Shown: positions 34,377-44,631 of the stretch, piece after piece | How the letters are laid out: each line of letters starts with the position of its first letter | Position numbering within the stretch: the first letter of the stretch is position 1 | Assembly (NCBI GenBank): GCA_951812755.1 | Contig: OX638329.1 | Coordinates: 5,355,563 to 5,419,562, forward strand | DNA from: an uncultured Latescibacterota bacterium | Lineage (GTDB): Bacteria > Latescibacterota > UBA2968 | Reading direction: 5' to 3' | Length of the DNA stretch: 64,000 bases | Notes under the pieces: model-generated | The model's database searches: none | Seen by the model: the letters and a program-made list of their open reading frames with translations, nothing else | Told to the model about the DNA's origin: nothing | Made by a program: the position numbers and the translations under genes

Positions 34377-37300
34377 ATGGAAAAACTCATTGACGTTTTT
34401 ACTTGCAGGACGTTTCTTGAGCTTATCATGCAATACATCGCCGACATACACCTGCACTCGCGTTTTGCCCGCGCAACCAGCAAAACCTTGAACCCCGAAA
34501 ACCTGTATCGGTGGAGCCTCATCAAAGGTCTAACCGTGGTAGGCACCGGAGATTTCACCCATCCCGTATGGTATGAAGAACTGCGCGACCAGCTCGAACC
34601 AGCCGAAGAAGGACTATACCAATTGCGACCAGACCTCAGGCGAGGTATCGACGCCGAATTGCCACCAGCCTGCCGCGGACAAATGCGATTTGTACTCTCC
34701 GTCGAAATCAGCCTCATCTACAAAAAAAACGACAAAACCAGAAAAATACATCACGTCGTCACAATGCCAAATTTTGACGCCGTAGCGCGTTTGAACGCGC
34801 GACTCGGTGCAATAGGCAATCTGAAATCGGACGGACGCCCCATCCTCGGCCTGGACAGCCGGGACCTGGTAGAAATTTGTCTGGAAGCGTGTGACGAGGT
34901 ACTCTTTATACCCGCGCACATCTGGACCCCTCATTTTGCGGTCCTGGGTGCAAGTTCCGGGTTCGACACCCTCGAAGAATGTTTTGAAGACATGCTGCCC
35001 CACATCTTCGCCGTAGAAACCGGCCTGTCTTCCGACCCACCGATGAACTGGCGCCTATCCATGCTGGACAACTACGCAATCGTCTCCAATTCAGACGCAC
35101 ATTCCCCGCAAAAGCTCGCCCGCGAAGCCACCTGCTTCAATACCGAATTATCCTTCCGCGGAATGTATAACGCATTAAAAGACCGCGACCCAACGCGCTT
35201 TACGGGCACTCTGGAATTTTATCCCGAAGAAGGCAAATATCACTTCGACGGACACAGAAAATGCGATATATGCTGGAAACCCGCACAAACCCTCGACGCA
35301 GACGAAATCTGCCCGGTATGTAACCGCAAATTGACCGTTGGCGTACTCCACCGCGTTGAAAAACTCGCTGACCGCGCAGAAGGCGACCGCCCCGATGTCG
35401 CGATGCCCTTTGAAAATCTGATCCCACTGCCAGAAATCATCGGCTCAGTCCTCCAGGTGGGACCCACCAGCAAACGCGTACAAACCGTGTACGAACAAAT
35501 GCTCGCAACACACGGAGCAGAACTAAAAATCTTGCGCCAACTGCCCATCGCAGAAATAGCCAAAACCGGAGACCCCCTCATCGCCGAAGGCATTCGACGC
35601 ATGCGCGAAGGCACAGTTCACATCGATCCGGGATACGATGGCGTGTACGGAAAAATTCAAGTCTTCTCCGACGAAGACCGCGCACTCCTGAGCGGACAGG
35701 AATCGCTATTTCACATACCAGCCGCAGAGCCTTTCAGGGACAAAGCTGAGACCGCGCGTCCAAATAAAAGTACAAAAGCCGCGGCGGACGCCCCTTTCAC
35801 ACTTCACACTTCTCACTTCTCACTTCTCACTTCACACCAGCAAGCAGCCGTAACAATGGAAAAAGGTCCCGTAATCGTAACAGCGGGACCCGGCACCGGA
35901 AAAACCCGAGTACTCACCCATCGCGTAATCGACCTGATCCAGAACCGCGGCGTATCACCCGCTTCTGTAATGGCCGTAACATTCACCAACCGCGCCGCAA
36001 CTGAAATGTGGGAACGCATCGTATCACTATCCTCCGGAGGCGAAGAACTGGTCCCCATGCGCGTAGGCACATTCCACCGCCTATCATTAGACCTCTTGCG
36101 AGAATATGCCCCCGAACGCCTGGGCGCAATTGCCGACCGAGGAGAAGCCCGCGCCGTCTTACAGGAAGTAATCGCCGACATCGACACCGAAATATCGGTT
36201 GATGACGCGCTCTCCCAGATCTCACTATGCAAAGCCCATGGACATGAAATATCCGACATCACCGACACCGAACTTCAAACCATTTACACAAATTATCAAC
36301 AACGCCTCACCGCTTATGGCCTGATGGACTTTGACGACATCTTGCTCATACTCCACGATGTACTCTGCGGCGATATTCTACAGACAGTGCAAGCGCGTTT
36401 CTCCCATGTACTCGTCGATGAATTTCAAGATGTCAACGCCATACAATACGCACTGATTCAAAAATTGGCCGGGGATGGATCGGGCCTCTTCGTCATAGGC
36501 GATCCCGATCAAGCCATCTACGGTTTTCGAGGCGCGAGCGCGGAATATTTTGAACAGTTAAAAACGAACTTTCCCAAAACAAACGAAGTCATCTTACAGC
36601 ACACATTTCGCTCCACCCCTCAGATTATCTCCGCAGCATCCAGTCTGCTTCGCGGACGATCGTACGATCCCGTGCGAGAAAACGGCCCGAACCTGAGAGC
36701 CTTATCCACACCCGGCGAAACTGGCGAAGGCATCGCCATAGTAGAAGAAATCTCTCGGATGGTCGGCGGCGCAGACCTATTGCAAGCCAACGAAGAAGGC
36801 AAACGCAGCCTGGACGACTTCGCCATCTTGTTCCGCACCGGACGCCAGGCAGACGCCCTGGAAACGTGCTTCTTACAGGCCGGGATCCCCTATCGCGTCG
36901 TCGGCCAGAAAAATTATCTGGATGCGGCTTCGGTACAGCACGCCCTATCGTTTTTTAAGTGTGTCCTGAGAGATGACATTTCCAGCGTCCCAATCACCAG
37001 AGACATGATCGACCTCCTCTCCATCCCCGCATTTGACCCCGGCCGGGAAGCGCGCGCATCAATACGCCAACAAATTCAAGACAACGCACTATCAGACACT
37101 GTACAGGAAAAATTGGACGCCGCGATGGAAGCTGTGAATCGCTTCCGCAATGAAACATCCCACTTATCACCCGCTGAACTCATCGCGAAGTGGGCAGACG
37201 AATTTGCGACATCAAACGATATCGACCTCGAGCGATTGGGCCTATTGGCTCAGAGCGTGGATTCCATCGCAGAGCTATTGGAAATCATCACCCTCGGACA

Positions 37301-37655
37301 GGATGGCGACTTTGTGCGTCGTGGAAAAATTGCGCGTCCCGAAGCCGTCACGCTCATGACCTTGCATGCGTCTAAGGGCCTGGAATTCCCCGTGGTATTT
37401 ATCTGTGGGGTTGAGGAAGGATTGATACCGCATGCCGAAGCGGATATCGAAGAAGAGAAACGCCTGTTTTTTGTCGGTATAACCCGCGGACAAGACGAAG
37501 TGATCTTAACCCGCGCCCGAAGCCGCAGGCGATTTGGCGAACGCATTGCGCCCGAGATATCGCGCTTTGTCACCGACATACCCGAAGACATCATCGACTT
37601 TGTCGATCTGCGAACCCAAAGACGCAAACCCGCCGAACAATTATCCCTGTTTTAA
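34377..37655 (+). CDS. Fusion protein: N-terminal Endonuclease-Q-like PHP-domain nuclease with zinc finger, low-complexity linker, C-terminal UvrD/PcrA-type superfamily-1 DNA helicase
   Basis: N-terminus YIADIHLHSRFARATS…GTGDFTHP (PHP/TIGR00375/EndoQ-like) and a CDICW…CPVCNRKL zinc ribbon. Linker PFTLHTSHFSLLTSHQ encoded by a (cacttct)n microsatellite at about 35795-35830. Helicase motifs TAGPGTGKTRVL (I), VDEFQDVN (III) and HASKGLEFPVVF (VI). Confidence 0.75.
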   Translation: MEKLIDVFTCRTFLELIMQYIADIHLHSRFARATSKTLNPENLYRWSLIKGLTVVGTGDFTHPVWYEELRDQLEPAEEGLYQLRPDLRRGIDAELPPACRGQMRFVLSVEISLIYKKNDKTRKIHHVVTMPNFDAVARLNARLGAIGNLKSDGRPILGLDSRDLVEICLEACDEVLFIPAHIWTPHFAVLGASSGFDTLEECFEDMLPHIFAVETGLSSDPPMNWRLSMLDNYAIVSNSDAHSPQKLAREATCFNTELSFRGMYNALKDRDPTRFTGTLEFYPEEGKYHFDGHRKCDICWKPAQTLDADEICPVCNRKLTVGVLHRVEKLADRAEGDRPDVAMPFENLIPLPEIIGSVLQVGPTSKRVQTVYEQMLATHGAELKILRQLPIAEIAKTGDPLIAEGIRRMREGTVHIDPGYDGVYGKIQVFSDEDRALLSGQESLFHIPAAEPFRDKAETARPNKSTKAAADAPFTLHTSHFSLLTSHQQAAVTMEKGPVIVTAGPGTGKTRVLTHRVIDLIQNRGVSPASVMAVTFTNRAATEMWERIVSLSSGGEELVPMRVGTFHRLSLDLLREYAPERLGAIADRGEARAVLQEVIADIDTEISVDDALSQISLCKAHGHEISDITDTELQTIYTNYQQRLTAYGLMDFDDILLILHDVLCGDILQTVQARFSHVLVDEFQDVNAIQYALIQKLAGDGSGLFVIGDPDQAIYGFRGASAEYFEQLKTNFPKTNEVILQHTFRSTPQIISAASSLLRGRSYDPVRENGPNLRALSTPGETGEGIAIVEEISRMVGGADLLQANEEGKRSLDDFAILFRTGRQADALETCFLQAGIPYRVVGQKNYLDAASVQHALSFFKCVLRDDISSVPITRDMIDLLSIPAFDPGREARASIRQQIQDNALSDTVQEKLDAAMEAVNRFRNETSHLSPAELIAKWADEFATSNDIDLERLGLLAQSVDSIAELLEIITLGQDGDFVRRGKIARPEAVTLMTLHASKGLEFPVVFICGVEEGLIPHAEADIEEEKRLFFVGITRGQDEVILTRARSRRRFGERIAPEISRFVTDIPEDIIDFVDLRTQRRKPAEQLSLF

Positions 37656-38954
37656 AATACCGAGCATCTCGTGTACAGCGTTGTGAATGCGGTCTTCTGT
37701 ATCTTCAACAAAGGGACCCGTGCGCTTCCAGTGTTGCTGGTTGAGCCAGACCTCGTAGCCCCCTTCTGAAATCTGCCGTTTGACGGGAATATAACCGATA
37801 ATATCATTCGTATAAGCCGCCACTAGAAGATTGTCAAAATAAGGCGCCAGTTCTCTTTTCAAACGCAACCCGTGCTCTACATTCATTTCCGCGGCAAGCC
37901 CGACTATTGCCAGCGCATCGCCAAAACGCACCGTCTGGATCTCAAATGGGAAGCTGGTCACAACGGGAATATTGTTTTCAACGCTATCGAACAAGTGTCG
38001 CGCCCATGCCCGTACATACTCCGGACCATCGTCCAGGCTGGAAGTGACCAGATCCATATCAATGGGTTCGGTCTCTATATTCAGCACCGTCTGATCAACA
38101 GAAATCGGACCGCTTATGGGCTGTAGTTGCGAAGCGAGTACCCGGGTAACGGACTCCCCCAATTCGACGCCAATATCCCGGATCTCATCAACCTCCCGCT
38201 GAACAAAAACATTTGACGTCGGATCGACGGGCTTCGTCTTCTGATCTCCGGCACAGCCCTGCAAAAAACAAGTCGCGACATCGGGATACACCGCTTCGAT
38301 ATGGTCGCACGCAAAACACACGTAGTCTCCCCCAATAAGGGTCCCGCTGCGGCTGGTGGGGTGACAGGCATAAGAAAAAATAACACATCGCAACTCGCCT
38401 TCGGGAGATTCGACCGCAATAACCGGAACATCGTGGTCGTGAGGCGCTTCCAAAGAGGGTACCCACGCCACACCGCCCTTTCCATCTGGCTTACGACGGG
38501 ACCTCGCAATACCGCAACTCCCCGTACCAAAACCAAGGCGTGCGGGAGACCGATCTTCCCAGGCTATTTTTGCACAGCGCGCGACATTTTCAAAAAGATC
38601 TTCGAGATAATCATCGTCCAGTTCCCCGTGCCGCTCCCTGTCCATCTCCCGGATACAGGGACCGCAGTGCGTATGCGAACCATTGAGAATAATATGTGCC
38701 GGATCAATACCCGTAGCCGCGTTAATTCTGCTTCTCACCTCTTCGGTGCGTTCGTAAAAACCCAGAATCTCGGCACCGACAATAATCAGCGGTGTCTGAC
38801 CGTCGTCTATCGCAACCGCCGTAGCCTTCAAAGGATGATAAACTTCGGTAGAAGGCTCTTGCCGCGCCGCGAATCCAGCGAGATAAATCCCCACGGGCGG
38901 GGTAATATCGACAGTGCTAACGCCGACTTGATAGGTATTATTGGACGATGACAT
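37641..38954 (-). CDS. Neutral/alkaline ceramidase-like hydrolase
   Basis: 437 aa. Its N-terminal segment (…VGVSTVDITPPVGIYLAGF…) resembles the neutral ceramidase N-terminal domain. Moderate confidence. Confidence 0.5.
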   Translation of the reverse strand: MSSSNNTYQVGVSTVDITPPVGIYLAGFAARQEPSTEVYHPLKATAVAIDDGQTPLIIVGAEILGFYERTEEVRSRINAATGIDPAHIILNGSHTHCGPCIREMDRERHGELDDDYLEDLFENVARCAKIAWEDRSPARLGFGTGSCGIARSRRKPDGKGGVAWVPSLEAPHDHDVPVIAVESPEGELRCVIFSYACHPTSRSGTLIGGDYVCFACDHIEAVYPDVATCFLQGCAGDQKTKPVDPTSNVFVQREVDEIRDIGVELGESVTRVLASQLQPISGPISVDQTVLNIETEPIDMDLVTSSLDDGPEYVRAWARHLFDSVENNIPVVTSFPFEIQTVRFGDALAIVGLAAEMNVEHGLRLKRELAPYFDNLLVAAYTNDIIGYIPVKRQISEGGYEVWLNQQHWKRTGPFVEDTEDRIHNAVHEMLGILKQG

Positions 38955-38966
38955 GTCATGTATTCC

Positions 38967-40100
38967 TTATAAAAATCGCGTAATTTGATACGCATCAATA
39001 TCTATCTCAAGCTCTCTCCCCAGAACCAGATCCGCGATGAGCTTGCCGCTATAGGGACCGAGTTGTAAGCCCGTGGGACCGTGTCCGGTTGCAAGATAAA
39101 TATTTTGAATATTGGGAACAAACCCCAGCACTGGCAAATGATCCTCTGTGTAAGGACGCAACCCAACCCGAACCTCGCGCACCTCTGCCTGTGCCAGACC
39201 CGGCGCAACCCGCAGAGCCTCTGCGAGAACCTCAAGCACCCCCGCGGCAGTCGTGCGAGCCTCAAAACCGGATCCCGTCTCCCGCGTCGCCCCCACAACC
39301 ACGCGACCATCCGGCCAGGGAACCATGTAATGACCCCTCACAGCACTGATAATGGGCCAGGACGACGTATCCGTATCGCCCAGACCCAGATGGATAATCT
39401 GACCGCGCTGGGGTTCAACCGGGATATGAACACCAAGCTGATCCCCAAATGCCTGCGACCATGCCCCACCCGCGATCACAACTTTACCGGCGGAGATCGT
39501 TTCTCCGCCTGTTATAACACCCGTAACCGAATCACCCTGGATCAATAACTGTTCAACGCCAGCGTGTTTAACCGCAAGTCCTCGACCTTCCGCGGCTCGA
39601 TGCAGGGCAGCCGCCAGAAGCCGACCATCCACGCGGGCGGCATCGCGGTAATAAATCGCACCGCGCACATCCCCCAGAGCAGGAAAGCACCTGCGTGCCT
39701 CATCCGATGAAATCTCGTACAAATCTTCCTCAGCGGGTTCACCGCGTTGATCCCGGCGATTAAAAATGTGCTGCCGCGCAATAGCAAAGGACTCTATCTC
39801 ATCGTACGAAACAGCGACCAGCATCATACCACAAGTTGCAAAACCCGTATCCCCATCCTGTTCCGCCTGCAAATTATCCACCAACTGTGGATAATATTCA
39901 AAAGCAAACGCAGCAAGACGCAACCAGGGATCCGGATCGCGAGTATTAGTAGCAGGCGAAAGAATCCCCGCCCCTGCATCCGTAGCACGGCCCGCATCTC
40001 TCCGATCAACGAGCAGGGTCTTTACACCGTCACACACCAGATGATACGCGGCAGAAATCCCGACAACACCGCCGCCGATAACAATAGCGTCATAACTCAT
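38967..40100 (-). CDS. FAD-dependent oxidoreductase (DAO/ThiO/DadA-like)
   Basis: Dinucleotide-binding motif DAIVIGGGVVG at the N-terminus (start taken at MSYDAIVIGGG; the track ORF extends to 40157). Confidence 0.75.
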   Translation of the reverse strand: MSYDAIVIGGGVVGISAAYHLVCDGVKTLLVDRRDAGRATDAGAGILSPATNTRDPDPWLRLAAFAFEYYPQLVDNLQAEQDGDTGFATCGMMLVAVSYDEIESFAIARQHIFNRRDQRGEPAEEDLYEISSDEARRCFPALGDVRGAIYYRDAARVDGRLLAAALHRAAEGRGLAVKHAGVEQLLIQGDSVTGVITGGETISAGKVVIAGGAWSQAFGDQLGVHIPVEPQRGQIIHLGLGDTDTSSWPIISAVRGHYMVPWPDGRVVVGATRETGSGFEARTTAAGVLEVLAEALRVAPGLAQAEVREVRVGLRPYTEDHLPVLGFVPNIQNIYLATGHGPTGLQLGPYSGKLIADLVLGRELEIDIDAYQITRFL

Positions 40101-40119
40101 TTTTTCATCTCTTTCAGTA

Positions 40120-40962
40120 TCATCCCGACAGACCCCATATCTCAGCCGCGGTCCCACCCAGAATGCGTTCTATATCCCCATCCGTCAGAAAGGGCAACCC
40201 CTCGCGAATGAGACGGAGTTCATCGGCAAGCGTGGGCCACTTGTGCTTGACCCGGTGATGCCCGGGATAACCAGTCCCCCAGACCGTACGCTGTGCAGTA
40301 AAAACCGCCAGCGCCGCCTCAATATACGGATGCACATCTTCGTACGGATGAACTTTTTGCGAACGTCCAGCCACATCCGAGAGTTTAAAAAACACATTGT
40401 CAAAACGCGCCAGATCCAGAATGGGCTGATAATCAGCAAGCGGGCGATCTATTTCTGGATATCCCATGTGATCCAGGATAAGAACAGTATTCGGATACCG
40501 CCGCGCAATCGCAGCGATTTGATCGGCATCTCCTGGCCGCAAATGAAACTGGATAATCGCATCGAGAGCCGCGATCTCTTCCCACATCGGACCGTTTTGT
40601 TCCACAAGCAGAATCTTTTCATCGGGATAATACATCGGATGCAAACGGAACCCAACCAGACCGCGCTCTCGAACCCAGTAACGCACCTGCTCGGCATTGT
40701 CGGGATCCTGGGGATCAATAAGACCGTGCCCGATAAATCGATCCGGGTATCGAACAACCGAGTCCGCGATATAACCGTTATCCCATGTGGACCAGCTCGT
40801 TTGCACGAGTACAGTCCAATCCACCCCTTCGGCATCCATATCAGCCAAGAGTTCCTCGGCAGTACCCGGTTCATCCGGATAGCTATTCCACGTCGGCGCA
40901 GTGGGACCAATCGGATACTTATCCGAAATTTCCCAAATGTGAACGTGCGTATCGACAATCAT
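40120..40962 (-). CDS. Amidohydrolase-2 family metal-dependent hydrolase
   Basis: 280 aa. N-terminal DTHVHIW metal-binding motif and TIM-barrel architecture. Confidence 0.75.
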   Translation of the reverse strand: MIVDTHVHIWEISDKYPIGPTAPTWNSYPDEPGTAEELLADMDAEGVDWTVLVQTSWSTWDNGYIADSVVRYPDRFIGHGLIDPQDPDNAEQVRYWVRERGLVGFRLHPMYYPDEKILLVEQNGPMWEEIAALDAIIQFHLRPGDADQIAAIARRYPNTVLILDHMGYPEIDRPLADYQPILDLARFDNVFFKLSDVAGRSQKVHPYEDVHPYIEAALAVFTAQRTVWGTGYPGHHRVKHKWPTLADELRLIREGLPFLTDGDIERILGGTAAEIWGLSG

Positions 40963-41048
40963 AAAGAAGTCCTATAAGAAGCAAAAGCCCGATAGAATCG
41001 GGCTTATTCATATAGTTTGAAAGATATGCATAATTCCATATAATCGCG

Positions 41049-42014
41049 TCACGCATCCAACGCTTGCTCAAATGCCTCAAGGCTGGACACTTGTATCGCG
41101 GCACGGAGCAACTGCTTGAGACGTTGCAAATCGTCAATGACCGCAATGCGGGCAGAGAGCGGGTGGGCTTCACTCAGATCAAATCGAATCTCCAACACGT
41201 CGAGGATCGCTTCAATCGTGCTTCTTCTTTCGCCTTGTTCAATACCTTGCTCAATGCCTTGCCCAATACCTTGCTTCATGCCTTCCTCTCTGCCCTGCTC
41301 TCTGCCTTGCTCTCTGCCTTGCTCAATACCCAATTGCTTAATGTATTGTGCAAACGATGATTCACGCATAATTGCGTCCATGAGACCCTCCTGTAATAGA
41401 ATACGATTGATCAGTGTCGGATCATACTCTAATCCACCTAATATCATCAACTTGCCCAAAATGTCAACTTTTATTGATTCATCCACCGCCAGAGCATTCG
41501 TCGCGTCAACACAGTGATGCAACCACCCCTCAGAATCTATTCCAACAGGACGTTTCATCAACGGGACGAATGGAAACAAGCCCGAAGGTCCGCCATCAAT
41601 AATGTCCTGTCCCTCGATCTCACTCAGCCGAACCACTGTGTATTTTATCAAAACGCGATGGCCGGATATATCATGAATAAAGTACCCCGGATCGCGCCGA
41701 CCGGCATCGTGCCGCAAGTAGATCACACTGGAATAAATCGGCAAGTCGTGCTGCTCTATCGCACGTATAATATAGCCCGCCATGCGGAGCGGCATAGATG
41801 GATCGTCAGTCGTTTGAAACTCATGATGCACCAATGTCTCCTTGCCTGAGATATGGACGCGGATGAGGCTATCGGTATGTCGTGTATCAACCGTGTTTTG
41901 CTCTGTGTCGAGTATGTTGAGGACCTCTACATCGTCCTGTTCAAGTGTGAGGCGGATAAAGTCTTTGGGATAGGTCTGGATCAGATCTTTGGAGACAGAG
42001 TCATATTCGGCCAT
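41049..42014 (-). CDS. Rpn-family recombination-promoting nuclease/putative transposase (YhgA-like PD-(D/E)xK) with a C-terminal DUF4351 domain
   Basis: 321 aa. YhgA-like N-terminal nuclease region, a (EQGR)n / GIEQG low-complexity linker, and the conserved C-terminal domain …LDVLEIRFDL…LKQLLRAAIQVSSLEAFEQALDA. Confidence 0.8.
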   Translation of the reverse strand: MAEYDSVSKDLIQTYPKDFIRLTLEQDDVEVLNILDTEQNTVDTRHTDSLIRVHISGKETLVHHEFQTTDDPSMPLRMAGYIIRAIEQHDLPIYSSVIYLRHDAGRRDPGYFIHDISGHRVLIKYTVVRLSEIEGQDIIDGGPSGLFPFVPLMKRPVGIDSEGWLHHCVDATNALAVDESIKVDILGKLMILGGLEYDPTLINRILLQEGLMDAIMRESSFAQYIKQLGIEQGREQGREQGREEGMKQGIGQGIEQGIEQGERRSTIEAILDVLEIRFDLSEAHPLSARIAVIDDLQRLKQLLRAAIQVSSLEAFEQALDA

Positions 42015-42417
42015 GTAGGATGCCCTGGGTCTGATGAGTGAATTTTACATGCAACAGTCAGACCCTGAGCAAATATCAAGCCAACGCCACAGAAATTGAG
42101 CGATAAATTGTATGGGCAGAAATTCAAGAACCCTCATCATGCTTTTAATATGCTGTATTGCGCCCTTAGCTTGAATATAAGGATCGCCTTTGGAGGCACA
42201 TACAAACGGAATGCACCGGGATACAAAAGTGTACGTTTTGATCCATGAATGATGGGGTTCGTGAAAAATTTTTACATTTAAAAAAATAGTGGGCTACGCT
42301 GTATTCAATGTTTTTTTGAGATTGGCTGATGGCATAAACAAAAGCCCGATGGATAACCAGTCCACCGGGCTTATTCATATCGTTTGAGGGATGTGCATAA
42401 TTCCACATATAATCGCG

Positions 42418-42801
42418 TCACGCATCCAACGCTTGCTCAAATGCTTCAAGGCTGGACACCTGGATCGCCGCACGATGCAACTGCTTGAGCAGTTGCAAAT
42501 CTTCAATAGCTGCAATGCGAGCAGATAGGGGGTCTGATTCATCCAGATCAAATCGAATCTCCAACACATCCAGGAGGTCTTCAATAGCGCGTTCTCTACT
42601 TCCTTCCTCAATACCTTGTTGAGTCAAGGATTGGTAAAAGGATGACTCGCGGACGAGATCCATGACGCCCTCTTTGATGAGCGCTTTAGAAATGGTTTCA
42701 GCGTCGTAATTCAATCCGCTCAAGATCGCCATGCTTGCGAGATTATTGGCCTTAGCTAACCGAGCCGCATGGATGTGACGCTGTGCTTTCTCGTCAGGCA
42801 T
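42418..42801 (-). pseudogene. Standalone fragment encoding only the Rpn C-terminal (DUF4351) domain, duplicate 1
   Basis: 127-aa ORF at about 75% identity to the C-terminal 120 aa or so of the Rpn gene. The 3' flank (42376-42465) duplicates 41012-41100. Could be a functional small protein rather than a dead remnant. Confidence 0.6.
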
Positions 42802-42813
42802 TGTAAAACCCCC

Positions 42814-43146
42814 TTAATCCGTTTCATCTAATATTTGCTGAAATGCTTCGAGATTAGACACTTGGACCGCTGCGCGGTGCAACTGCTTGAGGCGTTGCAC
42901 ATCGTTGATAGTGGCAATGCGAGCAGATAGAGGATCTGATTCATCCAGATCAAATCGAATTTCTAATACGTCGAGAAGATTTTCAATAGCGCGTTTTCTA
43001 ATCCCTTGCTCAATGCCCTGTTGCTTAATGTATTGAGCAAACGATGACTCGCGCATAATAGCGTCCATAAGACCCTCCTGTGACACGATACGACTGATTG
43101 TGCCTGGCGCGTAATCCAACCCACTCAAGATCGCCAAACCGCCCAA
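42814..43146 (-). pseudogene. Standalone fragment encoding only the Rpn C-terminal (DUF4351) domain, duplicate 2
   Basis: 110-aa ORF colinear with the Rpn C-terminal domain. Lies in tandem with 42418-42801. Confidence 0.6.
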
Positions 43147-43222
43147 ATGTCAACCTTAATTGAAGCATTCAAAGACGCTGCGAATCGGTCTCCCGCGCTG
43201 TGTTTAACGGCTTTTTTAAATC

Positions 43223-44332
43223 TCATCCATAAGTCCACCCGCAGTGAAATCCTTGCTGCTCTGCAATCGACATGAGAGGCTCCAGGGTTCTGCGATAGGC
43301 AAATCTCAATATTTCAAAATCCAGAGTGTGCTCGGGCTTTTCAATATGCAGATCTGTAATATAAGGCTCCACCTTCTTTTTCCATTCATTATTGCTAAAA
43401 ATATCTCGGGCGATAGACAGCGCGTTGCACTGGGTTTTAGCCAAGCAGTCAATATATTTTTCCGACGGGAGCCAGTCACGTTTAGAACTATTTGCCTGGG
43501 GATCAACGGGAATGAGATTCCACAACTGATTGTGCGCCACAAATTTCCAGGGCAAAAAGTGATCCAATGCATAATCGCTATTCAGATCTTTTCCCGTGTA
43601 AATACATTGGATATTTTTTTTGCTAATAACCTGTTTCCAAAACTTTCGCTGTACATCAGGATTCCCTCTCTGCGGGTCTGGAGGAAACAATTTTTGCGTC
43701 ACAGCAGGAATACTGGGATTGCGTCGCTGCATATAATCTGCCCAGTGCCACAGTGCCCAGCCCTCAATAATTGTCTGGTGTTGTTGCAAATAAGCAATCC
43801 AGTCTGGATGCAAAAAAATACACTTTCGGGCATCGTCAAAACGGTAAAGAGGGCGTCGTTTTCGAAAATGTTCAGCAGCAAGTTCGACAATTTTCTGATC
43901 TACTCCTTGCTCCGATCCGCTGGTCTCTGCGTCAAAAAACGGGCGCAAAATTCGCTTGGAGACATAACGCATCAATCCGTAATCCGACTTTTCGCGAGAA
44001 ACATCAACGTGTTTACGCAATTTTTTGAGTCCAGTTTTAGATAGAAAATTTTTATCATGGTCAAAATTTGGAATCCGTTCCCAAACGGAAGCAATTTTAT
44101 CCTGAATGCCAAATGACAGTTTGGAAAAGACATTTGGGTACCATGCAGTAACCAGCATCTCAATCTCTATATCTCTCAGCGAAATACCATCATCAATCTC
44201 GAAATCTCTGTCCTTTAGCAAAGTCAATAGAGAAAGAAAAAAGAGATACTTGTACGAAGTGGCCTTATTTCTAAACAATCTACTCAGTGCTGCAATATCA
44301 AGTTGATCTGAATGTGGTAATTGTTGAGTCAT
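43223..44332 (-). CDS. Uncharacterised protein with a C-terminal HNH-nuclease-like motif (possible defence-associated nuclease)
   Basis: 369 aa with a C-terminal …ALDHFLPWKF…HNQLWNLIPVDPQANSSKRD (H-N-N-type) motif. The N-terminal domain has no family I can name. Confidence 0.45.
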   Translation of the reverse strand: MTQQLPHSDQLDIAALSRLFRNKATSYKYLFFLSLLTLLKDRDFEIDDGISLRDIEIEMLVTAWYPNVFSKLSFGIQDKIASVWERIPNFDHDKNFLSKTGLKKLRKHVDVSREKSDYGLMRYVSKRILRPFFDAETSGSEQGVDQKIVELAAEHFRKRRPLYRFDDARKCIFLHPDWIAYLQQHQTIIEGWALWHWADYMQRRNPSIPAVTQKLFPPDPQRGNPDVQRKFWKQVISKKNIQCIYTGKDLNSDYALDHFLPWKFVAHNQLWNLIPVDPQANSSKRDWLPSEKYIDCLAKTQCNALSIARDIFSNNEWKKKVEPYITDLHIEKPEHTLDFEILRFAYRRTLEPLMSIAEQQGFHCGWTYG

Positions 44333-44355
44333 AGAGGATCATTCCGTTACAGATG

Positions 44356-44631
44356 TCAGACTTTACCACCCGTACCAGAAGGTACTGCGCTATTTTCTTT
44401 TGTGACGCGAATCAAAAATCGCAGTGCCTCATTTACAGACTCTGCGTCTGGAAACACCTCGGCAACATCGGGCGCTAACTGGACAACGGATCTACCAAAG
44501 TGCTTGCGCTCGGGGCCAACCCTTCTCACCTCTAAGGCTCGCAAATCATACTCTGACCGAAGTTCATCCTGTGTTGTTGTCTCATCCTTCTTCATAAGCT
44601 TGTCTCTCCTTGCGGGTTGTTTCTCTTGCAC
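44356..44631 (-). CDS. brnA: BrnA-family antitoxin
   Basis: Small ORF directly downstream of, and overlapping, the BrnT gene. Sequence: MKKDETTTQDELRSEYDLRALE…RFLIRV. Probable start at about 44595. Confidence 0.7.
   Translation of the reverse strand: MQEKQPARRDKLMKKDETTTQDELRSEYDLRALEVRRVGPERKHFGRSVVQLAPDVAEVFPDAESVNEALRFLIRVTKENSAVPSGTGGKV

Noticed and set aside
35795-35830. CRISPR-like short repeats (cacttct units); also the 18330 and 54944 tracts
   Set aside because: These are contiguous microsatellites with no spacers, lying inside or at the ends of CDSs. No CRISPR array or cas genes are present in the window.
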